Source of the DNA: a phage
Length of the DNA stretch: 64,000 nt
Sequence record: PZ452596.1
Strand: one strand, 5' to 3'
Positions 19,775 to 27,983 of this stretch are shown piece after piece. Position 1 is the first letter of the stretch. Every line of letters begins with the position of its first letter. The notes beneath the pieces are model-generated. The model was not told the origin of the DNA and did not search any database. It saw only the letters and a list, made by a program, of their open reading frames with translations. The position numbers and the translations under genes were made by a program.

Positions 19775-19804
19775 ATAGTACCACAGAGGAACGGTCTTGT
19801 AAAC
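19775..19804 (-). promoter_or_regulatory. early promoter
   Basis: Minus strand GTTTAC, 18 nt, TGGTACTAT, then CAACTATCAACT box. Confidence 0.55.
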
Positions 19805-19806
19805 AA

Positions 19807-20121
19807 CTAAAAGAAACTTCTTTCACAATTTTTTCCACTGAACCAAGCGCTCACTGCTTTCTTAGTCTCAGGAGCAGTGTTATCCATAAACCATTCAAAG
19901 GCAGCCTTTTTATGATTCTGGAGGGCTTCTCGGGCTTTAATCTGCTCACGGTCTATTAACACTAACATATGAGCCTTTCTTGTCACCAAGGGCTTCTTAT
20001 GATTTTTTGAATACTCCCAGTCATTTGTCCAACGCATTGTCGTTGCGAACTGATGAACCGCGTCTTTAATTTTAGTTTCATAAATTTCACGAGCCTTTGA
20101 GTATAACATCATTACCTCCAT
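19807..20121 (-). CDS. hypothetical protein
   Basis: 104-aa ORF. Confidence 0.5.
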   Translation of the reverse strand: MEVMMLYSKAREIYETKIKDAVHQFATTMRWTNDWEYSKNHKKPLVTRKAHMLVLIDREQIKAREALQNHKKAAFEWFMDNTAPETKKAVSAWFSGKNCERSFF

Positions 20122-20210
20122 CTACCAGTTTAATTCTAGTCATCTTTTTGATGGCAGTCCATATAATCTATTTCTGAACTGCCTTTTTATCTTAGAAGGC
20201 CTCTTATGAA

Positions 20211-21179
20211 TTATTTCAGAAGAGTAACCTCAGCGATTTCTTCCCAACCGTTTTTGTCGGTCATAATAAAGTCAGCAAGATAAAGAGCAGTACGCAGTGA
20301 AACATTGCGTAAACGATTAACATTGACTTTCATCCATGATAATGCTTTATAAGTTTCTTCATCAGAAAGACCGCGCTTTTGCATCATGTCAGTTGAAAGA
20401 ATAACATCTTCAACCCTGACCATAATTTCTTCATTAGTGTGAACACCCAAATCCAAATAAACCGAGCGGGACACTAATGCTTGTAAATGTGGAGCAAGTT
20501 TAGTACCACGGTCTAATTCGCGGTCAATGTCAACGTTTGTGATAAAAACAATCGTTCCTTTAAATTCAAACTCACGCTCAATGCCTTTTTCTTCTAAGTA
20601 AGAAGATGCAGTGCTCCAGCAGACTTTACGGGTCTCTCCAGTGTCCAGAGCAGCTTTCAGAAGATTAAGAATGTCCATATCAGAGAAAACATCCACATCG
20701 TCAATCAAAAGGACAGAATTCTCTTCACGATTATTCCAAAGCTGCTCATAAAGACCAATACCAGAGATTTTACCATTAATACTTTTATATTCAATGTATC
20801 CAACATCATTTGCTTTATTTAAAGCTTTATCTAAAGAATATGTTTTACCTATACCTGCCGCACCAGAGATAATTAATGAACGAATGTTTCCGTTAATAAT
20901 ACCATTCGTCATCATTCCCATAACATTAAATCTTTTATTAATGCGGGTTTTCATATCTTCATATGATTCTTTAACTTCTTCAACTTTTACACCATCATAT
21001 GAAATGTCTGATTTGTAAACCCAAACACCGCGACGTTTACCGTCAATTTCAACAAAAACTTTACCATCTCCTTGTGCATCTACCGGAGCATTATCCGGGA
21101 ACCATTCGCCTAAGAGCTCAAAAGTTCCAGAGATTTCTTTACCGAAGTAGATACCCTTATTGATAGTTACAGTTTTCAT
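20211..21179 (-). CDS. P-loop NTPase (AAA+-like ATPase)
   Basis: Start at ATG 21179 behind GGAG RBS; Walker A GAAGIGKT and Walker B VLLIDDVD. Confidence 0.65.
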   Translation of the reverse strand: MKTVTINKGIYFGKEISGTFELLGEWFPDNAPVDAQGDGKVFVEIDGKRRGVWVYKSDISYDGVKVEEVKESYEDMKTRINKRFNVMGMMTNGIINGNIRSLIISGAAGIGKTYSLDKALNKANDVGYIEYKSINGKISGIGLYEQLWNNREENSVLLIDDVDVFSDMDILNLLKAALDTGETRKVCWSTASSYLEEKGIEREFEFKGTIVFITNVDIDRELDRGTKLAPHLQALVSRSVYLDLGVHTNEEIMVRVEDVILSTDMMQKRGLSDEETYKALSWMKVNVNRLRNVSLRTALYLADFIMTDKNGWEEIAEVTLLK

Positions 21180-21216
21180 TTTATTCTCCAAATCTGTATC
21201 AGTAGTTGATAGTTGT

Positions 21217-21246
21217 ATAGTACCATAAAGCTTTATGCTTGTAAAC
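21217..21246 (-). promoter_or_regulatory. early promoter
   Basis: Minus strand TTTTTCACAAAGTT-GTTTAC, 18 nt, TGGTACTAT. Confidence 0.55.
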
Positions 21247-21276
21247 AACTTTGTGAAAAATTTTTGAAATAAAAAA

Positions 21277-21294
21277 GGGAGCCCGAAGGCTCCC
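21277..21294 (-). terminator. hairpin GGGAGCCCGAAGGCTCCC
   Basis: 7-bp GC-rich stem with 4-nt loop, 3' of the 21297 gene. Confidence 0.45.
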
Positions 21295-21296
21295 TA

Positions 21297-22310
21297 TCAT
21301 TTATAATAACTTCGATGGTTTTCAAGATAGACCTTCTCAAGGAAGTCATCCCAGAAACTCATGTCTACTTTTTGCTGCATACCGTTCTTAGAAGCTTCAG
21401 TAGATGCTGCTTCTACTTGATCGACCACATCTTCCAAAAACTCTTGAACTGTTTTAAATGGATGCTTACCCAACTTCACGTCGAGAATAAATGGAGCGTC
21501 TTGAAGTGGATAAACCAAGTCGCCAGTTTTGTAAATTTCCAATAGTTGAAGTCCACCACGACAGGCATGGCTCAGAGCTTTCCAGTCAATGCCTTCGTTG
21601 GCTTCGGCCTTACGAGCGCGTTCACCATATTCAGCATCTAATTTGTTCAGTGACTGCTTAAGCTCAATAAGAGAAAGAGTTGTCTGATATTTACGACCCA
21701 ACACAGTGTAGAACGTTTGTGGGCCTGTTTTCTCATGATTATGGAACACCCATTCACAGAATTCGTTTTCTGGAAGACGATGCTTAATATCTTCAACTTT
21801 AGTGCGACGCTGCTTAATAGAACCATCTTCTTGGTAATCAACCCATTGCTCAGGGATTTGATTAACTACTTTCAATACATCGCGTAATGCAGCCAAACGA
21901 GAACCCTTGACACCGTATTTAGAAGCTTGCTTGCGAACATATCCTAAATAGGATTTCATGTTAGTCGTATAAAAACGAGAACGGTTGTCTTGAATAAACT
22001 TCCACACATCAGGCAAATCAGATTTAACCACTAGTTCAGGTGGAGTGTGAAGCATATCCAATGCTACAGTTTCACCATCTGCTGCTAATTTAAAGAAATA
22101 TTTAAGACTGTATAGTTCATGGTCAATATCATCTTTAGTGTTTTTAGATGATGTGTTGTTAGTGTTTTTACTCATATGCTCTTTAACATTTCCGATAAGA
22201 ATATCGCGAGCAGGAGGAACAAAAATTTCTTTAAAATCTACATCAGATTCTGGGGTAGAAGTTCCATAAAGATGACTACCAAAATAGCTTTTCATTACTG
22301 TTTTCATCAT
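21297..22310 (-). CDS. predicted nucleotidyltransferase (Pol-beta-like fold)
   Basis: 337 aa; N-terminal FGSHLYGTSTPESDVDF fits the GS...[DE]h[DE]h NTase signature; ATGA overlap with upstream gene. Confidence 0.55.
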   Translation of the reverse strand: MMKTVMKSYFGSHLYGTSTPESDVDFKEIFVPPARDILIGNVKEHMSKNTNNTSSKNTKDDIDHELYSLKYFFKLAADGETVALDMLHTPPELVVKSDLPDVWKFIQDNRSRFYTTNMKSYLGYVRKQASKYGVKGSRLAALRDVLKVVNQIPEQWVDYQEDGSIKQRRTKVEDIKHRLPENEFCEWVFHNHEKTGPQTFYTVLGRKYQTTLSLIELKQSLNKLDAEYGERARKAEANEGIDWKALSHACRGGLQLLEIYKTGDLVYPLQDAPFILDVKLGKHPFKTVQEFLEDVVDQVEAASTEASKNGMQQKVDMSFWDDFLEKVYLENHRSYYK

Positions 22311-22768
22311 TCAGCCTTATATTCAATAACAGGACACACTTTAGCTTTACGAGCCTTTAAAAATTCAACGATAATCGATTTCTTGGGTTGAATAGGAGGT
22401 AAACCTTTATACGCTCTATCAATATTTTCTACGTGTAAAGCATAATCCTTTTTCCATTTATAATCTTTATATTTTTCACGCAAATGTGCAGGAATAACAA
22501 ATGAACCGATAATAAGTAAAACAACCAAAAGCGCAAGTATAAATGCCGATGGAAGAAGAGTCCATAAACTACCGAAAATAAGCCAACGTTGTAGGCTTTC
22601 TGCACAAATAATTGTTAGCCCTACGAGTATAGTACATCCAAAAATAGAAACGAAAAATGTAGGAATGGCAATAGACCAAAAATATGCGCATAGTGTCTTA
22701 GGTCGTTGCCATTCATCGTTAAACAATTTGAATAATTTATAATGCCAAGAGTTTTCATTAATAATCAT
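22307..22768 (-). CDS. integral membrane protein
   Basis: 153 aa with two or more hydrophobic helices. Confidence 0.55.
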   Translation of the reverse strand: MIINENSWHYKLFKLFNDEWQRPKTLCAYFWSIAIPTFFVSIFGCTILVGLTIICAESLQRWLIFGSLWTLLPSAFILALLVVLLIIGSFVIPAHLREKYKDYKWKKDYALHVENIDRAYKGLPPIQPKKSIIVEFLKARKAKVCPVIEYKAE

Positions 22769-22770
22769 AA

Positions 22771-23292
22771 TTATCCTTTCATTGAAGGCGTAACAGTTGT
22801 TAAATACTTAATCATAGCTTCAGCTTCTGATTTTGATAATGAAATTTCTCCATTGTTTTGACGAATAGAAATAAAATCCGGATGACGGTCACCACCAGCT
22901 TTTAAAACACACATATAAGTATCAACTTCGCCTTCAATATTTGAAATGATTGAAGCAGTTCCACATGAATGTGGTTTTTGATAAATCAATACAGCTTTTC
23001 TTCCGCCATTTGACTGCTCATAGGCTTTTAATACATCAAGCAAATCAGTTCTTTTATCAATAGCTAAAATGTTATTTTCATCTTCAATGTTAAATCCTTC
23101 GGATACTTCATAAAGTGTCACCCATAAATCGCCAATATCAATAACAGCATTTACGTTTCCACGGCTTTCAAGAGCATGACAAATTTTCTTGATTTCGTCA
23201 TAACTCATTTTAATAATATCATCTCCTTGAATAAGAAAGATGTCATTTTTAAATTCAACACGAATTAAACCACTTCCACTTGAAATAAACAT
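22771..23292 (-). CDS. hypothetical protein (paralog of 23299 ORF)
   Basis: 173 aa; C-terminal EAEAMIKYLTTVTPSM resembles neighbour. Confidence 0.55.
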   Translation of the reverse strand: MFISSGSGLIRVEFKNDIFLIQGDDIIKMSYDEIKKICHALESRGNVNAVIDIGDLWVTLYEVSEGFNIEDENNILAIDKRTDLLDVLKAYEQSNGGRKAVLIYQKPHSCGTASIISNIEGEVDTYMCVLKAGGDRHPDFISIRQNNGEISLSKSEAEAMIKYLTTVTPSMKG

Positions 23293-23298
23293 ATTTCC

Positions 23299-23841
23299 TC
23301 ACTTTGAAATCATAGTTGGAATGACAGAATCAAGATAAGTCTTTAGCGCAATAGCTTCGTCTTTGGTAAATGTGACAATATGCGCTCGAGAATCATCAAT
23401 TTGGCGAACAAGTACGACATCGCCATCTTCATAAGAAGTCTTGACATCCAAAGTCGTAGTATAATTTGCAGCTACTGGATTAATAATGTTAGCGCCGCGG
23501 TCTTTAGCCCATTGAAGTTTAGCCTTTTCGGATGTTTCGACTGTTTCAGATTCCAAGAATTCTTTCACCTTGACAACGAATGTTGCCCAATTGTTGATAG
23601 AAAGACACATAAATTCAGTTTCAATATTACCGCCGTAAAGGCCACGATAAAAACGAACTTGGAGGTCGTCTGTAATATTAGTTACACCGGTAACTCCTGA
23701 GGGAGCATAAGATAAAATCGCAGCCAGTTCCATAGGAAGAATAGTAATACTATCGTCTTCCTGCGTCAGAACGTATACATTACCACGTTTTTCGATAACC
23801 AGGTCACCGAACAAATCAGTTGTTTCAATTACAGCTTTCAT
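23299..23841 (-). CDS. hypothetical protein (paralog of 22771 ORF)
   Basis: Start at ATG 23841 (MKAVIETT...; track starts at TTG); C-terminal KDEAIALKTYLDSVIPTM. Confidence 0.55.
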   Translation of the reverse strand: MKAVIETTDLFGDLVIEKRGNVYVLTQEDDSITILPMELAAILSYAPSGVTGVTNITDDLQVRFYRGLYGGNIETEFMCLSINNWATFVVKVKEFLESETVETSEKAKLQWAKDRGANIINPVAANYTTTLDVKTSYEDGDVVLVRQIDDSRAHIVTFTKDEAIALKTYLDSVIPTMISK

Positions 23842-23842
23842 A

Positions 23843-24028
23843 TTATTTACCAATTAAAGTTTCAATATAAGAATCAAGATTTACTTTAGCTTCTTCCATA
23901 AGAGTTTTGTATTTAATCTTGTTAGCATGTCCGGAGAAAGCTGATTCATCAATAACTGTTGCTGTATGAACAGCTTTGCTATATGTTTCAATTAATTCTC
24001 TTAATTTAAAAGCCTGCTCACTTGTCAT
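23843..24028 (-). CDS. small helical protein, family member
   Basis: About 61 aa from ATG (MTSEQAFKLRELIETY...); N-terminal EQ..K(L/I) pattern shared by about 6 small ORFs. Confidence 0.5.
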   Translation of the reverse strand: MTSEQAFKLRELIETYSKAVHTATVIDESAFSGHANKIKYKTLMEEAKVNLDSYIETLIGK

Positions 24029-24160
24029 CACATACTCCTCTGAATCATATCAATAATGTTGTTCACCAGATTATAAGTAAACATTGGGTAATTATATTGA
24101 ATCATCACATACACAACAAACAAAACTTTCATTCTCTTCTCCTTGGCAGCTGACAAGATT

Positions 24161-24190
24161 ACTATACCATAACCTTGCCAACTTGTAAAC
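24161..24190 (-). promoter_or_regulatory. early promoter
   Basis: Minus strand GTTTAC, 18 nt, TGGTATAGT. Confidence 0.5.
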
Positions 24191-24192
24191 CA

Positions 24193-24366
24193 TTAAATGA
24201 TGTTTTCAATAAAATTCTGAAGCTTTGTGTGAGCATCAACCATGATTTTCAATTCTTCTTTAGCGAAAGCTGTACCTCTTTCCCGAGAAGAACACTCATA
24301 GTCAGAAACTGCATTAGCATATTCTTCAATTAGTTTCATTAAAAACATCTGCTTTTCAGTTTTCAT
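24193..24366 (-). CDS. small helical protein, family member
   Basis: 57-aa ORF MKTEKQMFLMKLIEEYANAV... behind AGGTGG RBS; below track cutoff. Confidence 0.4.
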   Translation of the reverse strand: MKTEKQMFLMKLIEEYANAVSDYECSSRERGTAFAKEELKIMVDAHTKLQNFIENII

Positions 24367-24550
24367 TATTCCACCTAATCATTTCAAGATATTGAACTAA
24401 CTTAGCTTTAGATTTATCCAAATCCTTTTTAGCTGCTTCTATACCGTCGTATGAATATCCTTCACAATGCTCAACTGCTAATTGATATGAATCTATTTCA
24501 ACATCACGTGCTAATTTAATGATTTTTTCAAACTGTTCACATGTTAGCAT
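24356..24550 (-). CDS. small helical protein, family member
   Basis: 64 aa MLTCEQFEKIIKLARDVE... Confidence 0.5.
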   Translation of the reverse strand: MLTCEQFEKIIKLARDVEIDSYQLAVEHCEGYSYDGIEAAKKDLDKSKAKLVQYLEMIRWNNEN

Positions 24551-24552
24551 AC

Positions 24553-24756
24553 TTAAACTCTCGTATTATGATCGATAATTTCATCAAGAAACATATCTAA
24601 CGCTTCTATAGCATTATCAACTTTAGCTTCAAGTTCATCAATACCTTTATTTGCAATGCCTGACGAAAACCAAGCAAAGTCACTAAGTTCCTCGTCTGCT
24701 TTACGAATTAAAGCTACTAATTCCTTAATTTTATCCGCTTGTTCGATACTAATCAT
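24553..24756 (-). CDS. small helical protein, family member
   Basis: Start at ATG 24756 ([16 protein letters not shown]...) behind GGTGG RBS. Confidence 0.5.
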   Translation of the reverse strand: MISIEQADKIKELVALIRKADEELSDFAWFSSGIANKGIDELEAKVDNAIEALDMFLDEIIDHNTRV

Positions 24757-24944
24757 TATTCCACCACATATGAAAGAGAGAATATTGCACACGCCATGTG
24801 AGTTGCAACTTCATCACACATATTATAACGTTTCTTAAGAAGTTCTACAAGTTCTTCACTAGTAACTTCATCCATGTCGACGAAAAAATCACCATTAATG
24901 ATGACGTAAATATTTCCTTCTTGATTGAGTGCTTCAATTTTCAT
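24756..24944 (-). CDS. small acidic hypothetical protein
   Basis: Start at ATG 24944 behind GAGGAG RBS, downstream of promoter 24973-25002. Confidence 0.45.
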
Positions 24945-24972
24945 GATGTTCTCCTCTTTATCCGATAGTTGT

Positions 24973-25002
24973 ATAGTATCACAGCTCAAACGGAAAGTAA
25001 AC
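24973..25002 (-). promoter_or_regulatory. early promoter
   Basis: Minus strand GTTTAC, 18 nt, TGTGATACTAT. Confidence 0.55.
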
Positions 25003-25018
25003 CGGTAAAATGAAAAAA

Positions 25019-25034
25019 GTCTCCCGAAGGAGAC
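25019..25034 (-). terminator. hairpin GTCTCCCGAAGGAGAC
   Basis: 6-bp stem with CGAA loop, 3' of the 25040 gene. Confidence 0.4.
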
Positions 25035-25039
25035 TAATG

Positions 25040-25426
25040 TTATTCGAGGGAAAGAAGATACTTACTCTGGTAAAACATCCCAGTAATATCATCTATCGTG
25101 CTTTGAATGGCTGGAGGCATTTCTTTATAAATGCTGTTAGATTGGTCTAGTATGCGATCAATCATTTTAATTGTGTCGGTAGGAAGTTTACTGGCATCTG
25201 GAATTGAAGGTGTGTATTTTCTACCAGAATACCCCAAATATTGCTCACCAAATTTATCAATCAAATCTGGTAACTCGGAGAAAATAAAATCGTATGCTTT
25301 GTGTCTAGCATAACTTTTAGTTTCAAAATGTGCAGAATGAAAATAAGCTTGTGCAGCCATTAATAAACCTAAGTATTCATCTGCCTTTGAAGGTTTTCCA
25401 CTTTGTGAAAAGTCGCTGAATTTCAT
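25040..25426 (-). CDS. hypothetical protein downstream of rI (rI.1-like by position)
   Basis: 128-aa ORF, stop/start overlap with rI. Confidence 0.6.
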
Positions 25427-25716
25427 TCAGTCTCCAATTTAATGTTCATAATTCTAGCGTATGATTGTGCCATCTCCGCGCCTCGTTCTATACATTCAAA
25501 ATCAGAAGAGCACGGGTCATTTTTATAGGTCGTTCTCATAAAACTATAGAATTGTTCAGACGATTCTACGCTTTTATTTTCAAAAAGCATATAAACGTGC
25601 CTAATACCAGATTCCATAAATTTATCAAAATGAGGATCGACATTCGCTTCAATTGGTGGAGATAAAGCAAATGACAATCCTAGCATGGCAAATAGTGCCG
25701 TTGCTTTTAAGGCCAT
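25423..25716 (-). CDS. rI: RI lysis-inhibition regulator (antiholin)
   Basis: 97 aa, MALKATALFAMLGLSF...NVDPHFDKFMESGIRHVYMLFENKS matches T4 RI as recalled. Confidence 0.92.
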   Translation of the reverse strand: MALKATALFAMLGLSFALSPPIEANVDPHFDKFMESGIRHVYMLFENKSVESSEQFYSFMRTTYKNDPCSSDFECIERGAEMAQSYARIMNIKLETE

Positions 25717-25728
25717 AAAGGCCTCCTA

Positions 25729-25941
25729 TCATTTTTGTCCTGTATTTACTTTATGCCGATGCACGGCCTTAACTTTATCAAGGTATTTTTCAAAATTTCG
25801 CAATCTAGTATAGTCTGCCGGAGATTGGTTGAGTGATACTTCTCGACGCAAAGCTGAAATGATATTTCCAACTTCCCTACGAATTTCATCTAATTGAAGA
25901 ACAGTAAGATTGCGAAGTTGCTTTTCAGTTAATTGTAGCAT
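25729..25941 (-). CDS. hypothetical protein upstream of rI (rI.-1-like by position)
   Basis: 70-aa ORF. Confidence 0.55.
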
Positions 25942-25966
25942 ATATACCCCTTTAGTTAGATAAACC

Positions 25967-25974
25967 TATTTATA
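25967..25974 (-). promoter_or_regulatory. late promoter TATAAATA
   Basis: Exact TATAAATA on minus strand about 26 nt upstream of the 25941 start. Confidence 0.45.
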
Positions 25975-25983
25975 ACTTTTGCA

Positions 25984-26565
25984 CTAACCGAGCTTTTTAG
26001 TTAATTCATTCCAATGTTTTCTACACAAAGAAACATAAATTTCATCGCCAATACAGATTTGATTACCCTCTTTAACTGGTGTTCCATCTTCCATTAATCG
26101 AGCTGTCATAATCGCTTTTTTACCACAGTGACAAACTGCTTTTAGTTCAATAAGTTTATCTGCAATCGCCAAAAGTTCTTTAGAACCTTCAAATAATTTT
26201 CCAGCGAAATCAGTCCTTAATCCATAAGCCATAACAGGAACATTATATGTATCAACAATTCGGCTCAATTGATGCACTTGTTCAGTTTTTAAAAACTGAG
26301 CTTCATCTACAAATACACAATGAATATCTTTTTGTGCTTCAGCCCATTTATAGAACTCGAAAATATCCATATCATCTGTAATAATATTCGCTTCCTGCTT
26401 AATTCCAATGCGAGAAACGACTTCACAGACAGAATCGCGAGTATCAATAGCAGGCTTAAGAACTAATACGCTCATTCCACGTTCTTTATAATTATGTGCA
26501 GCAGTCAAAAGAGAAGCAGATTTTCCAGCATTCATTGCTGCATAAGTAAAAATTAAACTCGCCAT
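25984..26565 (-). CDS. tk: thymidine kinase
   Basis: 193 aa; P-loop AAMNAGKSASLL; C-terminal Zn-ribbon cysteines typical of TK. Confidence 0.92.
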   Translation of the reverse strand: MASLIFTYAAMNAGKSASLLTAAHNYKERGMSVLVLKPAIDTRDSVCEVVSRIGIKQEANIITDDMDIFEFYKWAEAQKDIHCVFVDEAQFLKTEQVHQLSRIVDTYNVPVMAYGLRTDFAGKLFEGSKELLAIADKLIELKAVCHCGKKAIMTARLMEDGTPVKEGNQICIGDEIYVSLCRKHWNELTKKLG

Positions 26566-26566
26566 C

Positions 26567-26755
26567 TTAGTCCTTAGTTAAATTTTCTAAATATGTTTCT
26601 AAATCATTTTCAGCTTTATCGATAGATTTTACTAATTCGTAATATGTTTCGGCATCTCCATAATCAGAAGATAATTCAAAAGACAAATCCTTTTCTAAAC
26701 TAATAATTTCACCAACTAAAAATAATATTTCGTTCTTTTGTTCGCGAGTAATCAT
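26567..26755 (-). CDS. small helical protein, family member
   Basis: 62 aa MITREQKNEILFLVGEI... Confidence 0.5.
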   Translation of the reverse strand: MITREQKNEILFLVGEIISLEKDLSFELSSDYGDAETYYELVKSIDKAENDLETYLENLTKD

Positions 26756-26937
26756 AAGGAATTTATATAATTAATAAGTTCTTGTTCTTTATTATCGAAT
26801 TCTTTAGAAAGTTCTTCGTACTCGTTTGCATTAAAAGGACCGCATTCATCACAAACTTTTTCCAATTCACTGTTTTTATCCATAACTTCGTGGATAAGAG
26901 AAAAGAGTTTGTCTTTTTGTTCTTTGCTTAGGCTCAT
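26752..26937 (-). CDS. small helical protein, family member
   Basis: 61 aa MSLSKEQKDKLFSLIHEV... Confidence 0.5.
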   Translation of the reverse strand: MSLSKEQKDKLFSLIHEVMDKNSELEKVCDECGPFNANEYEELSKEFDNKEQELINYINSL

Positions 26938-27107
26938 ATATTAATTTCCAGAAGTTTTAAAATAATTCGCTTTTGCTTAAATATTTCAATAGTTAAATGA
27001 TCAGTATCTTTTTGACCAATTCCAATGGCAAAACCTTTATTAGCAGCGAGTTCAATTAAATTATCAAGTTCACGTAACACTTCGTACTGTAACTCATAAC
27101 TATTCAT
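26934..27107 (-). CDS. small hypothetical protein
   Basis: 57-aa ORF MNSYELQYEVLREL..., ATGA overlaps on both sides; below track cutoff. Confidence 0.4.
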   Translation of the reverse strand: MNSYELQYEVLRELDNLIELAANKGFAIGIGQKDTDHLTIEIFKQKRIILKLLEINI

Positions 27108-27310
27108 TTCGGTTTACCTTCTTTAACGAAATCTGGATAAGGATAAAATCCCGAATAAAATCCTTCACCTTTATGATTGATGCATCCTTTATTAGAACAA
27201 TAGCACCAATAATCGAAATCACAAGCCATTTCATCGTTGCATAAAGCAAAAACAACCGGCCACTTACACTTTTCGCAGTGGGCATTTTTAAGAATACTAG
27301 TTTGGCTCAT
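27104..27310 (-). CDS. small Cys-rich protein (possible zinc-binding)
   Basis: Start taken at the ATG overlapping upstream stop (ATGA); sequence has CEKC...C...C..C..C. Confidence 0.45.
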   Translation of the reverse strand: MSQTSILKNAHCEKCKWPVVFALCNDEMACDFDYWCYCSNKGCINHKGEGFYSGFYPYPDFVKEGKPK

Positions 27311-27519
27311 AACCATGTAACCTTTAAGCAATATTCTTCTACATGTTGTTTACGACCTTTCTTATCAATAAAGGTATATTCAACGAATGTTCCAATGTAG
27401 TCTTTATCTACATCATGTGGACTATTAATTGGACATTTAGTACGGCAAATGCGTTCCCATTGACGAATAATTACTGCCTTATTCTTTGGGTCATACGGAT
27501 GTGGATAATGTATATTCAT
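27307..27519 (-). CDS. small hypothetical protein
   Basis: Start at ATG 27519 overlapping upstream stop (ATGA): MNIHYPHPYD... Confidence 0.45.
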   Translation of the reverse strand: MNIHYPHPYDPKNKAVIIRQWERICRTKCPINSPHDVDKDYIGTFVEYTFIDKKGRKQHVEEYCLKVTWL

Positions 27520-27983
27520 AATAACGGTTCCCAATCAACAATCACAATTTCTAATTTAGAAGAATATGTATCTAAAATCCCCTCAATAATATCCCAGTTC
27601 CCTTTACCTATGCCTGCACCAATCCTAGGCATATAGATTGTGGGTTTAATCAGTTTATTTTCACCAAACTCATTTAATTCTAACATACAATTCATTAAAG
27701 CGGAATACTCAAAATTTGGCCCTGGTTGAAATTGAGTATAAAGGTTGAAGCAATACGCTTTATGAGTCCTAAAGTATTTTTCATAGACTGAGTAAGAACC
27801 GAGTTTAGTTACATCACCCCATTCAGTCTGTAATTTATCAGCTTCCAAAATTTTAGGGAAAGCTTTGGTTAATTGACCCGCTACGCCTGAACCCATAGTA
27901 TGAAAACAATTGCATCCATGCGCAATATTTTTACCTTCAGCGAAAAGGGCGACAATATCGCCCTTGATATATTTTACAATCAT
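27516..27983 (-). CDS. macro-domain-like protein (putative ADP-ribose binding/processing)
   Basis: 155 aa; GDIVAL...IAHGCNCFHTMGSGVAG and PRIGAGIGKG parallel the macro-domain motifs (VNAAN...GGGV; ISTG.YG). Confidence 0.5.
   Translation of the reverse strand: MIVKYIKGDIVALFAEGKNIAHGCNCFHTMGSGVAGQLTKAFPKILEADKLQTEWGDVTKLGSYSVYEKYFRTHKAYCFNLYTQFQPGPNFEYSALMNCMLELNEFGENKLIKPTIYMPRIGAGIGKGNWDIIEGILDTYSSKLEIVIVDWEPLL

Noticed and set aside
24028-24132. 34-aa hydrophobic mini-ORF downstream of promoter 24161-24190
   Set aside because: Too short and unsupported to call, though it has an AAGGAG RBS and a TGATG overlap with the next gene.
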